From IMG/VR virus record IMGVR_UViG_3300031886_000002: a stretch of 25,718 nt of DNA; one strand, given 5' to 3'. The DNA is from an uncultured virus (IMG/VR IMGVR_UViG_3300031886_000002). Its lineage: Duplodnaviria; Heunggongvirae; Uroviricota; Caudoviricetes. The notes beneath the pieces were generated by a model. The model was not told where the DNA came from. It made no database searches and saw only the letters and a list, made by a program, of their open reading frames with translations. Of this stretch, positions 16,517 through 25,347 are shown in pieces. Numbering within the stretch: position 1 is the stretch's first letter; every line of letters begins with the position of its first letter. The translations under genes and the position numbers were made by a program.

Positions 16517-17736
16517 TGAATGAAAAAATAAGTAGAGAAGTTGCTAAGGCTGCAGAAGTCTTAGAAATGGATATTACAGAAGTGGAGCAGAAGTTTGCTG
16601 AAATATGCACTAAAAATGACATTGACTACAATGCAGAACCTAACCTAGCATTGAGTTGCTTCCGACAATGGTTTAGTGGGACAAGGGCATATCAAGATGC
16701 ACCTGCCCAAGAAACCACACAAGGGGATAGTTGGAATACAGATGCATTCGGCTACTTCATTTCTGTAGATGCGGCCCGTGATATGGCCGCTATGTTGAAT
16801 GAACGCATAAAAAATGAGTATGTAGGAGATAATCAGACTACTTACTCAGCAGGTAAGGTAGCCGTAGCCTATTTAGGTGAAGATGGATATACCGTATCTA
16901 AGATGCAACATGGAGAAGAAGTAACAGGAACAATTGCAGAACTACCGAAGAATAATTTTGAGGTAGATGTAGGAAAGTATATCATTCCTATTGATGCAAT
17001 GGCTGCATATGGAGAAAGAAAGAATACTAACTACGGTAAACCACTACCACACGAACAATACCGTATGGCTGGCGTATTTGTTGGAACGGTTGATGGAGAC
17101 ACACAATTGTATTACTTTTCGTATAAAGGCACTGCAAGTGAATCCTTCAAACCAAAGACCTTTACTCCATTGCAACTAAAAGTCATTCGTGACAAGAATA
17201 ATACTAATAGACTGTATGGTTATACTAATGGAACTCTAGAGAGTTTAGTGTATAATTCAGATTTGGATGAAGAGAATCAAAGACCTTCACCTACTACCGA
17301 GGAAATGCAAAATCATGCAATGGAAAATGCTTTAGAGCATTATTCTCCATTGATTGACTTGAATATGTATCACTCTAAGGTATCTGATAAAACCTTTGCT
17401 GAGAGATTTGCTATGACTGATGGGGCAGTTTCTAGCATGAATATGACCCCAAACAAATTTGGAACAAGGAGGATAACTATTTCTGACCTGAACTCTGACT
17501 TCGATTATGAAGGTGGAAGTTGGGCTGGAACAACCTGCTGGATTCCTAGCCACATAGATATTGATTTCGGTATCGGCTCAAGGGCTGTGTTTGTTGGTAG
17601 AACAGCACAAGGTAGAAATGAAGATGGAAGTTATTCTGATGTAACTTTGAATGTTAGTGGTGTCTTATGTGTGGAGAATAGGGGTGTCGTAGTGGAACCC
17701 TTTGAATCAGCAGAAGAAGACATTGACTGGTTTTAA
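16516..17736 (+). CDS. Probable RPA/SSB-like OB-fold single-stranded DNA-binding protein
   Basis: Acidic 406-aa protein with an OB-like C-terminal strand pattern (DGAVSSM...RITISD...TCW...GSRAVFVGRT...LNVSGV) and acidic-aromatic tail EEDIDWF; sits in the replication cluster. Confidence 0.55.
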   Translation: MNEKISREVAKAAEVLEMDITEVEQKFAEICTKNDIDYNAEPNLALSCFRQWFSGTRAYQDAPAQETTQGDSWNTDAFGYFISVDAARDMAAMLNERIKNEYVGDNQTTYSAGKVAVAYLGEDGYTVSKMQHGEEVTGTIAELPKNNFEVDVGKYIIPIDAMAAYGERKNTNYGKPLPHEQYRMAGVFVGTVDGDTQLYYFSYKGTASESFKPKTFTPLQLKVIRDKNNTNRLYGYTNGTLESLVYNSDLDEENQRPSPTTEEMQNHAMENALEHYSPLIDLNMYHSKVSDKTFAERFAMTDGAVSSMNMTPNKFGTRRITISDLNSDFDYEGGSWAGTTCWIPSHIDIDFGIGSRAVFVGRTAQGRNEDGSYSDVTLNVSGVLCVENRGVVVEPFESAEEDIDWF

Positions 17737-17775
17737 TACTCCAAGTGTACTGATAATTCGCACAATTGGGCCTTA

Positions 17776-17820
17776 GTAGGAAGGTTTGGAGAAAACCTAC
17801 CAAATGGGGTGGAAAGCCCC
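17776..17820 (+). promoter_or_regulatory. Intergenic tandem hairpins
   Basis: AGGTTT 17782-87 pairs with AAACCT 17793-98 (alternatively GTAGG 17776-80 with CCTAC 17796-800). GGGGT-GGAAA-GCCCC at 17806-20. Confidence 0.45.
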
Positions 17821-17836
17821 TAACAAAGTGATTAAT

Positions 17837-18082
17837 ATGGCTGAAACATACACAATTAATAATAAGATAATTCACGGAACAAGTTTTGCTATATCGTTAG
17901 ACGATGTAGAATTCATGACTTGGCGTAGAAATGATGAAACGGGAGACTATTGGGTTAAATTCCATGTGCCTTCCGGTAAAGAAATAAGAATAAAAGTAAC
18001 TGCAACAGAACTGCAAGAAATATGCACCACTTGGTGTGGATTTGAATGTGATTTGTGGTTAGAGAATGATGAAGAATGGTGA
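17837..18082 (+). CDS. Small beta-rich hypothetical protein
   Basis: ATG 17837; beta strands plus a C-terminal helix. Confidence 0.7.
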   Translation: MAETYTINNKIIHGTSFAISLDDVEFMTWRRNDETGDYWVKFHVPSGKEIRIKVTATELQEICTTWCGFECDLWLENDEEW

Positions 18083-18087
18083 TACAA

Positions 18088-18993
18088 ATGGAATGGACAA
18101 CAGAAAAACAAGGTAAGGCAGTAGTGCCTAATGATGATGAAAATGAGAAGAAGTCTTTTTTTGAGATACAGAAGGAAAAGATACTAGCACAAGTACAGGC
18201 TAGAATGAATAGAGATAGAACTTATCTCGCCTGCTCTATTACAGGGCAACCAAAAGTGGGGAAAACAGGAATTGCATTGGATTGCAGAACACAGGAAGAA
18301 ATTGATGAAGGATATAAAGTCTTAGTATTAGACTATGATGATGGTGCAGAACCAACATGGGATTCATGTTGGGATAGAGACCCTAATATTATAATCTACT
18401 GTCCTATTGAATATAGGAGAGATGGTGCTATTGATTGGGATGAATCCTTTAGAAATGGAAGAGGTTTCTGTCATCTTGCAGAAGAAATGATTAATGACCC
18501 TAATGAAAATGTGAAGGCATTTGTATTAGATGGAGTAGATAAGATTAGTGAAGGCTCGTCTGATGTATTGCGTGACCACTTGGTTAAGCAACAAACTAGA
18601 GAAGGAGCAATTATTCTAGCAACTGATTCTGTTAAGGTTAACCCCTTAGATTGGAAGATTAGAAATAGAGTATACAATAGGCTAATGGATTTAGTGTTAC
18701 AATTAGAAACTAATAGGTTTCTCATTACACACATGAAGCCTGTATATGGAGATGGGATAATGAATCCAACGCCTATCGGTTGGGAACCTGATTGGCTAAA
18801 GCAGACACCTGCTAGATTTAATCAGATGATACATATTGAAAAGGAGCAGAAAGAGAATGTAACTAATTATGTTGCACAACTTGTTGCTAGTAAAACAAAC
18901 TCTGACTTAGTAGGTAAGAAATGGTTATTCTTTACAACCAATGGAGAGAATAAGTGGAAGAGTATTACTGAAATCCAGCAGGGAACAGTATGA
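18088..18993 (+). CDS. RecA-superfamily / AAA_24 (Sak4-like) P-loop ATPase
   Basis: Walker A GQPKVGKT, LVLDYDDG, Walker B FVLDGV, LITHMK; GGTGA upstream of ATG 18088. Confidence 0.78.
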   Translation: MEWTTEKQGKAVVPNDDENEKKSFFEIQKEKILAQVQARMNRDRTYLACSITGQPKVGKTGIALDCRTQEEIDEGYKVLVLDYDDGAEPTWDSCWDRDPNIIIYCPIEYRRDGAIDWDESFRNGRGFCHLAEEMINDPNENVKAFVLDGVDKISEGSSDVLRDHLVKQQTREGAIILATDSVKVNPLDWKIRNRVYNRLMDLVLQLETNRFLITHMKPVYGDGIMNPTPIGWEPDWLKQTPARFNQMIHIEKEQKENVTNYVAQLVASKTNSDLVGKKWLFFTTNGENKWKSITEIQQGTV

Positions 18994-19757
18994 GAATAAC
19001 AGTAGATTGTAAAACTATGGAAAAAGGATTGTCTGTAATTCAAATGAAAGGTATGTATAGACATGCGCATGTTGCGAAAACATCTTCAATTGGTGATATA
19101 GGAGTCCTTATTGTTAGAGAAGACAGTTTGTTTATGCTTAATGCTAGTAATACTATTGCTGCTCAAGTAACAATACCTATTGTAGAAAAAGAACCCGGCG
19201 AAAAAATGGTGATGTTTAACATACAGAAAACCATGAAGTATTTAAAGAGTTTAGTTTCTGATGAAGTAGAGTTAGAGTTAGGAGACTCAATGTTGAAGTT
19301 TATAGGTGGTTCTGCTACAGCAGAAATGCCTGCTTCCATTGAGCATCCTGCTCTACAATTTATAACTAGATTGAACACAATGGATATAAGTCATGAGCAA
19401 TTACCATCCTTTAATAATACTCAATTAGAAGCGCAATTAGTAGTAGATGGTAAAGAACTGTCTGATGCAATTAAGGGTTGCTCCACAATAGGTAATGCAA
19501 CCTATGAATTGAAGTATATTCAAACTGAGGAAGGCGGTAAAGCAATTCTGTCCTCTGGTAACTATCCAAACCTAGATAGTTATACTGTTAACTTAACATT
19601 ATTGGCTCACATGGGGAAAGAAACAACTGTACAATTTTCAGCACCAATAGACAAATTTTGTGATGGGGTGATGTGGATATACATAAAGAATGAATCGCCA
19701 ATATTATTCGTTGGTGCAGATAGAAGATTAGTAATGGCTCCCTACATACAAAGGTGA
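18990..19757 (+). CDS. pcn: DNA polymerase sliding clamp (PCNA)
   Basis: 255 aa with repeated beta-alpha-beta-beta-beta pattern and C-terminal ESPI...LVMAPYI; adjacent to PolB; RFC and PIP boxes present in the window. Confidence 0.8.
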   Translation: MRITVDCKTMEKGLSVIQMKGMYRHAHVAKTSSIGDIGVLIVREDSLFMLNASNTIAAQVTIPIVEKEPGEKMVMFNIQKTMKYLKSLVSDEVELELGDSMLKFIGGSATAEMPASIEHPALQFITRLNTMDISHEQLPSFNNTQLEAQLVVDGKELSDAIKGCSTIGNATYELKYIQTEEGGKAILSSGNYPNLDSYTVNLTLLAHMGKETTVQFSAPIDKFCDGVMWIYIKNESPILFVGADRRLVMAPYIQR

Positions 19758-19761
19758 TATA

Positions 19762-21420
19762 ATGATAATTACAGCAATAAATAAAGATAATAAATTTGGC
19801 CTACGATGGCGACATGAAGATGGCACTAGAGCAGAAACGGAAGTGACTTATCAAGAGTTTCAACCATACTTTTATGTACTACAATCAAATGGTAAAAGAC
19901 CTAGAACTGCTCAGATTAAAGAAAGAAATCATCTAATCACTATTAAATTAGAATATGAGGATGATGGTGCAATTAATTTGGAAGGAGATGAATTAACTAA
20001 GGTAACTTGGACTCCACCAAAACCCGGACATACTAGAATATTGAGAGAAATATGGGATGAAACTTATGAAGCAGATGTACCATTTCATTACCGTTATGCA
20101 ATTGATAAGATAACTAAAATTCCTGAGTATAACCTAGTTAAATGGTATTGGGATTTAGAGTGGCAACAAGGTGGAGAATATGATGGGGCTATTACTTGTA
20201 TCTCTTGTTATGCTAATGAAGAACATGGGGTATTGTATTGGTTACCATCATTAGACCATGAAGATTGGACTAATCCTAAATGTGCTGGCTTTCCAACAGA
20301 AAGAGATATGCTAAGACATTTTATGCAGTTAATTGATGAAGAAGACCCCGATATGTTAATCTCATGGTTTGGCTCTAAATTCGATTTGCCAAAACTTATT
20401 GAAAGACTACATGCTAATGGATTGGACCCAAGAAAATTATCACCTTACAATGATGTAAAAGGGGTGTATTTCGGTAGAGATGGAATAGCCCTGTCTAAAG
20501 CAGTAAGTCATTACACACCAATAGAACAACCTATTAGAGGTAGGATTTGTTTGAATCTTGACTTAGCCTTTGAAAGACAATGGAATGATGCTCAACGAGG
20601 AACCTTACCTTCTATGGCTTTAGACTATGTTTCTGAACTTGTTCTTGGAGAAAAGAAACTAGTTAGTAAAAAGTTTCCAGACAAGAATGACTTCTTTGAA
20701 AGAGGTTGGTTAGAAGATACTGACACTTATTTGGAATATGCTCTTAGAGATACTGAATTATTAAAGAGGATAGATGATAGTAACTATACATCAGAAGCAA
20801 TGCTTTCATTACAACGATTACTAATTGCACCGTTTGATGCTTGTTTCTATGCAAGTAACATGGGTGGAATATACTTCATGCGTAATGCTACATGGAAAGC
20901 ACCAACAGGAAAGAAGGGTAAGAAAGTTGATTATCAAGGCGCTATGATATATGACCCATCAATAGAAGGAACACATGGTTTACATCATAATGTGGCGGCG
21001 TTTGATTTCGCATCGCTGTACCCATCAATGATGATAGCGCGGAACATTTCATGGGAAACTAAGAGTGAAGAACCAACTGAGTTTGGTGTTAACATTGAAA
21101 TACCAAGAGACTTTAGTGATGAAACAGAATTTGACTATCGTTATTATAAAACAGATAAACTAGGACTACTACCTCAGTCAGTCTTAGACTTAAAAACTCT
21201 ACGAAATCACTACAAGGCTTTACATGATACAGCACTTGACCCTACTGAGAAAGCGAAGTGGTTTAATAATCAAATGGCCGTCAAAAGATTGATGGCTTCT
21301 TTTTATGGTATCGTTGGGTATCAAGGATTTGGTTGGGCTGATGTTGACTTAGCCGCATCAATAACAGCAAGTGCAAGAGAAGCAATTAGAGAAGCGGCAT
21401 TTAAGGTGATGGAATTATGA
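19762..21420 (+). CDS. polB: Family B DNA polymerase, N-terminal subunit (exonuclease plus motifs A and B)
   Basis: ExoI WDLEW, ExoII SWFGSKFDLP, ExoIII YALRD, YQGA, motif A FDFASLYPS, motif B KRLMASFYG; stops just before motif C. Confidence 0.93.
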   Translation: MIITAINKDNKFGLRWRHEDGTRAETEVTYQEFQPYFYVLQSNGKRPRTAQIKERNHLITIKLEYEDDGAINLEGDELTKVTWTPPKPGHTRILREIWDETYEADVPFHYRYAIDKITKIPEYNLVKWYWDLEWQQGGEYDGAITCISCYANEEHGVLYWLPSLDHEDWTNPKCAGFPTERDMLRHFMQLIDEEDPDMLISWFGSKFDLPKLIERLHANGLDPRKLSPYNDVKGVYFGRDGIALSKAVSHYTPIEQPIRGRICLNLDLAFERQWNDAQRGTLPSMALDYVSELVLGEKKLVSKKFPDKNDFFERGWLEDTDTYLEYALRDTELLKRIDDSNYTSEAMLSLQRLLIAPFDACFYASNMGGIYFMRNATWKAPTGKKGKKVDYQGAMIYDPSIEGTHGLHHNVAAFDFASLYPSMMIARNISWETKSEEPTEFGVNIEIPRDFSDETEFDYRYYKTDKLGLLPQSVLDLKTLRNHYKALHDTALDPTEKAKWFNNQMAVKRLMASFYGIVGYQGFGWADVDLAASITASAREAIREAAFKVMEL

Positions 21421-21578
21421 AAAAGAACGCCACTAATTTTTGGTATGGTAAAACAGAATGTATACTATGCCAAGGTTTTGTACAAACATACTATTTGAAT
21501 AAAAGTAGAATGCCCCTTTGTGGAAAATGTTACTTAGCAAAGAAGCAAAAGGATAGAGAAAGGAGAGGATTAAAATAA
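21417..21578 (+). CDS. Small C4 zinc-finger protein (53 aa)
   Basis: MKKNATNFWYGKTECILCQG...LCGKCY...; ATGA overlap with the PolB-N stop. Confidence 0.65.
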   Translation: MKKNATNFWYGKTECILCQGFVQTYYLNKSRMPLCGKCYLAKKQKDRERRGLK

Positions 21579-21622
21579 AGAATCATCTGAATAAACAAGC
21601 AGAAAAAATCTTATTTACTATT

Positions 21623-21814
21623 ATGAGTGATGGAAAAGGTAGATATGCAGATGAAATGTTACGAATGATTCATGACAGATATAGAACAAGATTAAATAAA
21701 TATTGGTCTACCGCACCCAATGTTTACAGTTTTAATATCTGGTTAAAAAGAAGTGGTAAGTATTATAAAAAAACAGGCAAAGGGGGAAAAAATATATGGA
21801 AAATAATACAATAA
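21623..21814 (+). CDS. Small basic, possibly winged-helix protein (may extend upstream to about 21569)
   Basis: The frame stays open upstream to ATT 21569, just after AGGAGAGG. Confidence 0.6.
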   Translation: MSDGKGRYADEMLRMIHDRYRTRLNKYWSTAPNVYSFNIWLKRSGKYYKKTGKGGKNIWKIIQ

Positions 21815-21864
21815 AGTGTATGCAAACAGGTGCAAATATTATTATGATGGAGGAAGAAGAATGA
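21796..21864 (+). CDS. 22-aa micro-ORF (MENNTIKCMQTGANIIMMEEEE)
   Basis: Overlaps the previous gene; ATGA coupling to the next. Confidence 0.35.
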   Translation: MENNTIKCMQTGANIIMMEEEE

Positions 21865-21992
21865 ATGGAGATGATTTAGATAAATGGTCAGAACGCCATG
21901 TTGGTAGTTTAGCATTAACACGAACCATCTTAGGTTTCCTTAATTTGTTATTAGGGGTTGTCGTTGTATTTAAATTATTTGGAGTGATATGA
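21861..21992 (+). CDS. 43-aa single-pass membrane protein
   Basis: GGAGG upstream; hydrophobic ILGFLNLLLGVVVVFKLFGVI. Confidence 0.65.
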   Translation: MNGDDLDKWSERHVGSLALTRTILGFLNLLLGVVVVFKLFGVI

Positions 21993-22144
21993 TGTTTCTA
22001 ATAAGTTATTTAAGGTTGCTCAAGAAATGGTATTTGGATATTTGGTTTACCAATGAAGAATACTCAGATAAAGCGATGCATTTATCAGAAGAACAAATTG
22101 CGTTTAATATAAGATTAGAAGATATAAGGAGTGAAGAAGAATGA
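21989..22144 (+). CDS. 51-aa hypothetical protein
   Basis: GGAGTGA upstream; ATGA overlaps at both ends. Confidence 0.6.
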   Translation: MMFLISYLRLLKKWYLDIWFTNEEYSDKAMHLSEEQIAFNIRLEDIRSEEE

Positions 22145-22236
22145 AACATTATTGTAATTGTCAATTTAATAAACTTAGAAGAGATATTACTGACAAAGGC
22201 ACATGTAAATTTTGTGGATTGGGAGTGAAAAAATGA
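22141..22236 (+). CDS. 31-aa Cys-rich micro-protein (MKHYCNC...CKFCG)
   Basis: AGGAGTGA upstream; ATGA overlaps at both ends. Confidence 0.55.
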   Translation: MKHYCNCQFNKLRRDITDKGTCKFCGLGVKK

Positions 22237-23189
22237 AGTTAGTATATGGACACACAGACTCTATCTATGTGCAAATGCCAATGGAACAAACTGAGGACAC
22301 ATTAGAAATATTAAATAATCATGTCCGAGAGAAATTTCCTAACCTATTAGGTTTAGATGAGCATCCTGTTAATTTAGAATTTGAAAAATATTATTCTAGT
22401 CTAGGAGTAGGATGCACAAAGAATAGAAATGCAGGTTTGATTACTTGGAAGGATGGAAAATATCTTGATGAAGAAGAATTTGTTATGACCGGCTTTACCG
22501 CAAAGCGTATGTCTATAACTAAACTTGCAAGAGATATTCAAATGGAAGTATTACAAAATTGGGTTAAAGGAATGTCCGAAGATGATATGAACATCCATTT
22601 ACACTGGCATTATAATTTTGTGTTAGAAGGTAGTAGGCAAATGTCTGGTGAAGGTTCATTACAAAACAGGCCAGAATATTGGCTAAAACGATTAGCGAAT
22701 CGTAGTAGATATCGAAGTGAAAGATTCAAGTATAAGTGTGCAGGTTGTGGGAGAGAATATAATATGCAAGAAGCAATTCATCAACATAGAATCACCACTT
22801 CATATTCATTTTGTAGTAAATGTGGAGAAGAACTTGATTTGGTAACTTTAGCAGGTAAGAGACCTTCTATTGGCTCAGGTGTTGAAGGAGTTATTTGGTA
22901 TAATCAACATCATGATAATAAGATAACAGATTCATATTGGTATGTAAGAGTTAGAACTCCTGTAGATGGATTAAAATATATTAACCCTATAACTGGAGAA
23001 TCAAAACTCCCAACATATATTTCAGCACCATCACTTAATGAATTATTAGATGAAGGTTACCTTATTGACTTTTCTCACTATGCTGAATCAATAGTGAAAA
23101 AGGCTCAACCTGTTTATGATGCAATGGGCTGGGATACTTCAGAAATTTCTAGAGATGTTAGACAAAAGACATTAGATGATTGGTGGTAA
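22233..23189 (+). CDS. polB: Family B DNA polymerase, C-terminal subunit (motif C and thumb, zinc-finger insert, PIP box)
   Basis: MKLVYGHTDSIYV, LEFEKYY, TKNRNAG, MTGFTAKR, CAGC...CSKC insert, C-terminal RQKTLDDWW. Confidence 0.9.
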   Translation: MKLVYGHTDSIYVQMPMEQTEDTLEILNNHVREKFPNLLGLDEHPVNLEFEKYYSSLGVGCTKNRNAGLITWKDGKYLDEEEFVMTGFTAKRMSITKLARDIQMEVLQNWVKGMSEDDMNIHLHWHYNFVLEGSRQMSGEGSLQNRPEYWLKRLANRSRYRSERFKYKCAGCGREYNMQEAIHQHRITTSYSFCSKCGEELDLVTLAGKRPSIGSGVEGVIWYNQHHDNKITDSYWYVRVRTPVDGLKYINPITGESKLPTYISAPSLNELLDEGYLIDFSHYAESIVKKAQPVYDAMGWDTSEISRDVRQKTLDDWW

Positions 23190-23190
23190 A

Positions 23191-24057
23191 ATGAGAGAAT
23201 ATACATATGAATGGTTAGCGAAAGAGTATAATGATAATGATAGTAAAGTATTGAAGATAACAAAGTCTTCATTTGGGACATTTCAATGGTGTCCTTTGAA
23301 ATATCAGTATCAATACCCATTCCGCTTTCCACAAGAAACTACTGAACCTATGATTAAAGGGACTGCGGTGCATGATAGCAGGCAAGATTTCTTTGATGAT
23401 TATGATATTGCCAAAGCAAAGGATATGACAGAATCAGAGTTGATAACCTATGGAATGGGGTTATATCCTATTGATGACTATGGTGATATTTATCACAACA
23501 TGGCAATTTTTGATGCGAAGCGTTTTCATACTGCTAGGGAAAAAGATAAATTACATGAGTTTCTACCTGTGGTTAATGAAGTAATGTTAGATGCTGAAAT
23601 AGTTATTCCTCATGATGCTAATCCAAAGTGTATTCTTGAAAGAGACTATGTAGTACACTTACAAGGTATTGTGGATAGAATGTTTATTGAAGATGGAAAA
23701 TATATTCCTTTGGAATTAAAGACAGGACCATGGAAAGATAGTAAGACTACATCAATGAGAAAAGAAATGGCTTTCTATAAATTACTAATTGAAAATGCTA
23801 GTGATGAATCATTAGCAAATGCATATCTTGATAGAGATATACCTATTACCCATTGGGGTTGGTATTTTCCTGTATCAAACTATGTCCATATAGAAAAAGT
23901 AAAGAAGTCAAGTATGACTGCTTTGATGAGAGGTATAACTCAAATAATTAAAGCATACGAAAATGAAGAATTTCCTGCCAAATATTATTGGAAAAAATGT
24001 GAATATTGTAGTTTCCAAGAAATTTGTCCGGCAGCAGAAGAGGCGAAATGGTTATGA
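23191..24057 (+). CDS. Cas4/AddB-like PD-(D/E)xK exonuclease with Fe-S cysteines
   Basis: QWCP, GTAVHD, GIVDR...LELKTG, C-terminal CEYCSFQEICP. Confidence 0.87.
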   Translation: MREYTYEWLAKEYNDNDSKVLKITKSSFGTFQWCPLKYQYQYPFRFPQETTEPMIKGTAVHDSRQDFFDDYDIAKAKDMTESELITYGMGLYPIDDYGDIYHNMAIFDAKRFHTAREKDKLHEFLPVVNEVMLDAEIVIPHDANPKCILERDYVVHLQGIVDRMFIEDGKYIPLELKTGPWKDSKTTSMRKEMAFYKLLIENASDESLANAYLDRDIPITHWGWYFPVSNYVHIEKVKKSSMTALMRGITQIIKAYENEEFPAKYYWKKCEYCSFQEICPAAEEAKWL

Positions 24058-24422
24058 TAAGAGAATTAATAAATGATAAACTAAGAGAGAAAACATGGAC
24101 ATTTAGTGAGATAACAAATGTTTCAGATATTGTTAAAGAATTAGCAGAATATGCATATGATAAAATGACACCAAAAGAAAAGTTAGACTTGGTTTGGCAA
24201 GATGAAATACATGAGCCACTCCCTGATTATATGTTTGCGACATTTTTTAACATAATAGTTATGGAAAAGTTAAAAGCAGAAATTGCAATAATAATAAAAG
24301 AAGAACTATCTGATGCAATGATAGTATTTAAGGAGGATAATAAAAATGAAGTTTCCGAGGGAAGTGTGGGCGGGGAGTCACATAAAGAACGCGCCACAGA
24401 TGAAGAGAATGATAGTGAATAG
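24054..24422 (+). CDS. Hypothetical helical protein
   Basis: ATGA overlap with the upstream stop. Confidence 0.7.
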   Translation: MIRELINDKLREKTWTFSEITNVSDIVKELAEYAYDKMTPKEKLDLVWQDEIHEPLPDYMFATFFNIIVMEKLKAEIAIIIKEELSDAMIVFKEDNKNEVSEGSVGGESHKERATDEENDSE

Positions 24423-25347
24423 TCATGCTGAATTCGTTAAGTGGGTTAATGACTTTAATGGGAAGATGAATTGCTATACAACAGTATATGACTTTGAACA
24501 CTTTTCAGAAAAACAAGGTGTAGATTCTAGTGTAATACTAGATAGAATTTTCTTTGATTTTGATTCTCATGGAAGACCTTTAGAAGAGTCATATGATGAT
24601 GTAAAAATTATGGTTGCTTATTTACTGAAAGAAGATTTATATTTTAGAGTCTATTTTAGTGGGAAAGGATTTCATATTATAGTATATGGAGAGACAGTTG
24701 GTTCAGATGAAATTAGACGTATTCAACAACTTTTCAACTCGGTGTTTGCAAATTATAAAACATTGGATAGAACAGGTGTCCAAGTTAAAAGACTTAGGCG
24801 TATACCAAATACAGTCAATCTCAGTAGCGATGGCCCATATTACTGTATTCCTCTTACGCCCGATGACATTTCACGCGGCTTATCTTCAATTTTATTTAAG
24901 GCGAGGTTGGGAAACCATCCATCAAAATTATATGGAAATAAAAGAAAACAATGGGCGAAAGTTAGACCAATGGAAGTATCAGACATTGAAGTAGTGTCAC
25001 CTAAACCTCCCGGAAAATTACCAATTTTACCATGTTTATACAATTCAATTATGGTAGAAAATCCTAGTCATTACTCAAGAGTTTATTTAGCGCAATGGTA
25101 TAGAGATTTATTGGCTATAGGAGAAAGAAACCTCTCTTCTGATAAAGAAAATGAAATAGTAGAAATAATACTTGAAGAATTTAAGGCAATAGCAAGCCGC
25201 GAAAATGTATGGTTGGATTGGGATGAAAATATTACTAAGAGATATATTAATGGTATTGTCCGTAAAGGCTACCATGCTCCGGGTTGTAAAACAATTCTTA
25301 TCCCACAGGGATTTTGTATAGGAAAGTGTTGGAGGTATAGTGAATGA
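24346..25347 (+). CDS. priS: Archaeo-eukaryotic primase: PriS catalytic domain fused to a PriL-like Fe-S domain
   Basis: FDFDSH (motif I), FSGKGFHI (motif II), RRIPNTVN, then LPCL...HYSR...YHAPGC...FCIGKC. Confidence 0.88.
   Translation: MKFPREVWAGSHIKNAPQMKRMIVNSHAEFVKWVNDFNGKMNCYTTVYDFEHFSEKQGVDSSVILDRIFFDFDSHGRPLEESYDDVKIMVAYLLKEDLYFRVYFSGKGFHIIVYGETVGSDEIRRIQQLFNSVFANYKTLDRTGVQVKRLRRIPNTVNLSSDGPYYCIPLTPDDISRGLSSILFKARLGNHPSKLYGNKRKQWAKVRPMEVSDIEVVSPKPPGKLPILPCLYNSIMVENPSHYSRVYLAQWYRDLLAIGERNLSSDKENEIVEIILEEFKAIASRENVWLDWDENITKRYINGIVRKGYHAPGCKTILIPQGFCIGKCWRYSE

Noticed and set aside
16991..17179. Nested plus-strand ORF inside the SSB-like gene
   Set aside because: Alternative frame within a longer gene, with no motif support.
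19762..21420. polB pseudogene
   Set aside because: Both halves are intact, keep the catalytic residues and the PIP box, and together cover a full enzyme.
21421..22232. Self-splicing intron or intein interrupting polB
   Set aside because: The gap is AT-rich and tiled with coupled micro-ORFs. I saw no group I/II core, homing endonuclease or intein termini, and the C-half has its own start and ribosome-binding site.
23191..24057. CRISPR-Cas locus
   Set aside because: No repeat-spacer array or other cas genes seen; solo Cas4-like nucleases are common in viral replication modules.
24686..24994. Nested plus-strand ORF inside the primase
   Set aside because: Out-of-frame overlap with the primase catalytic region and no independent support.
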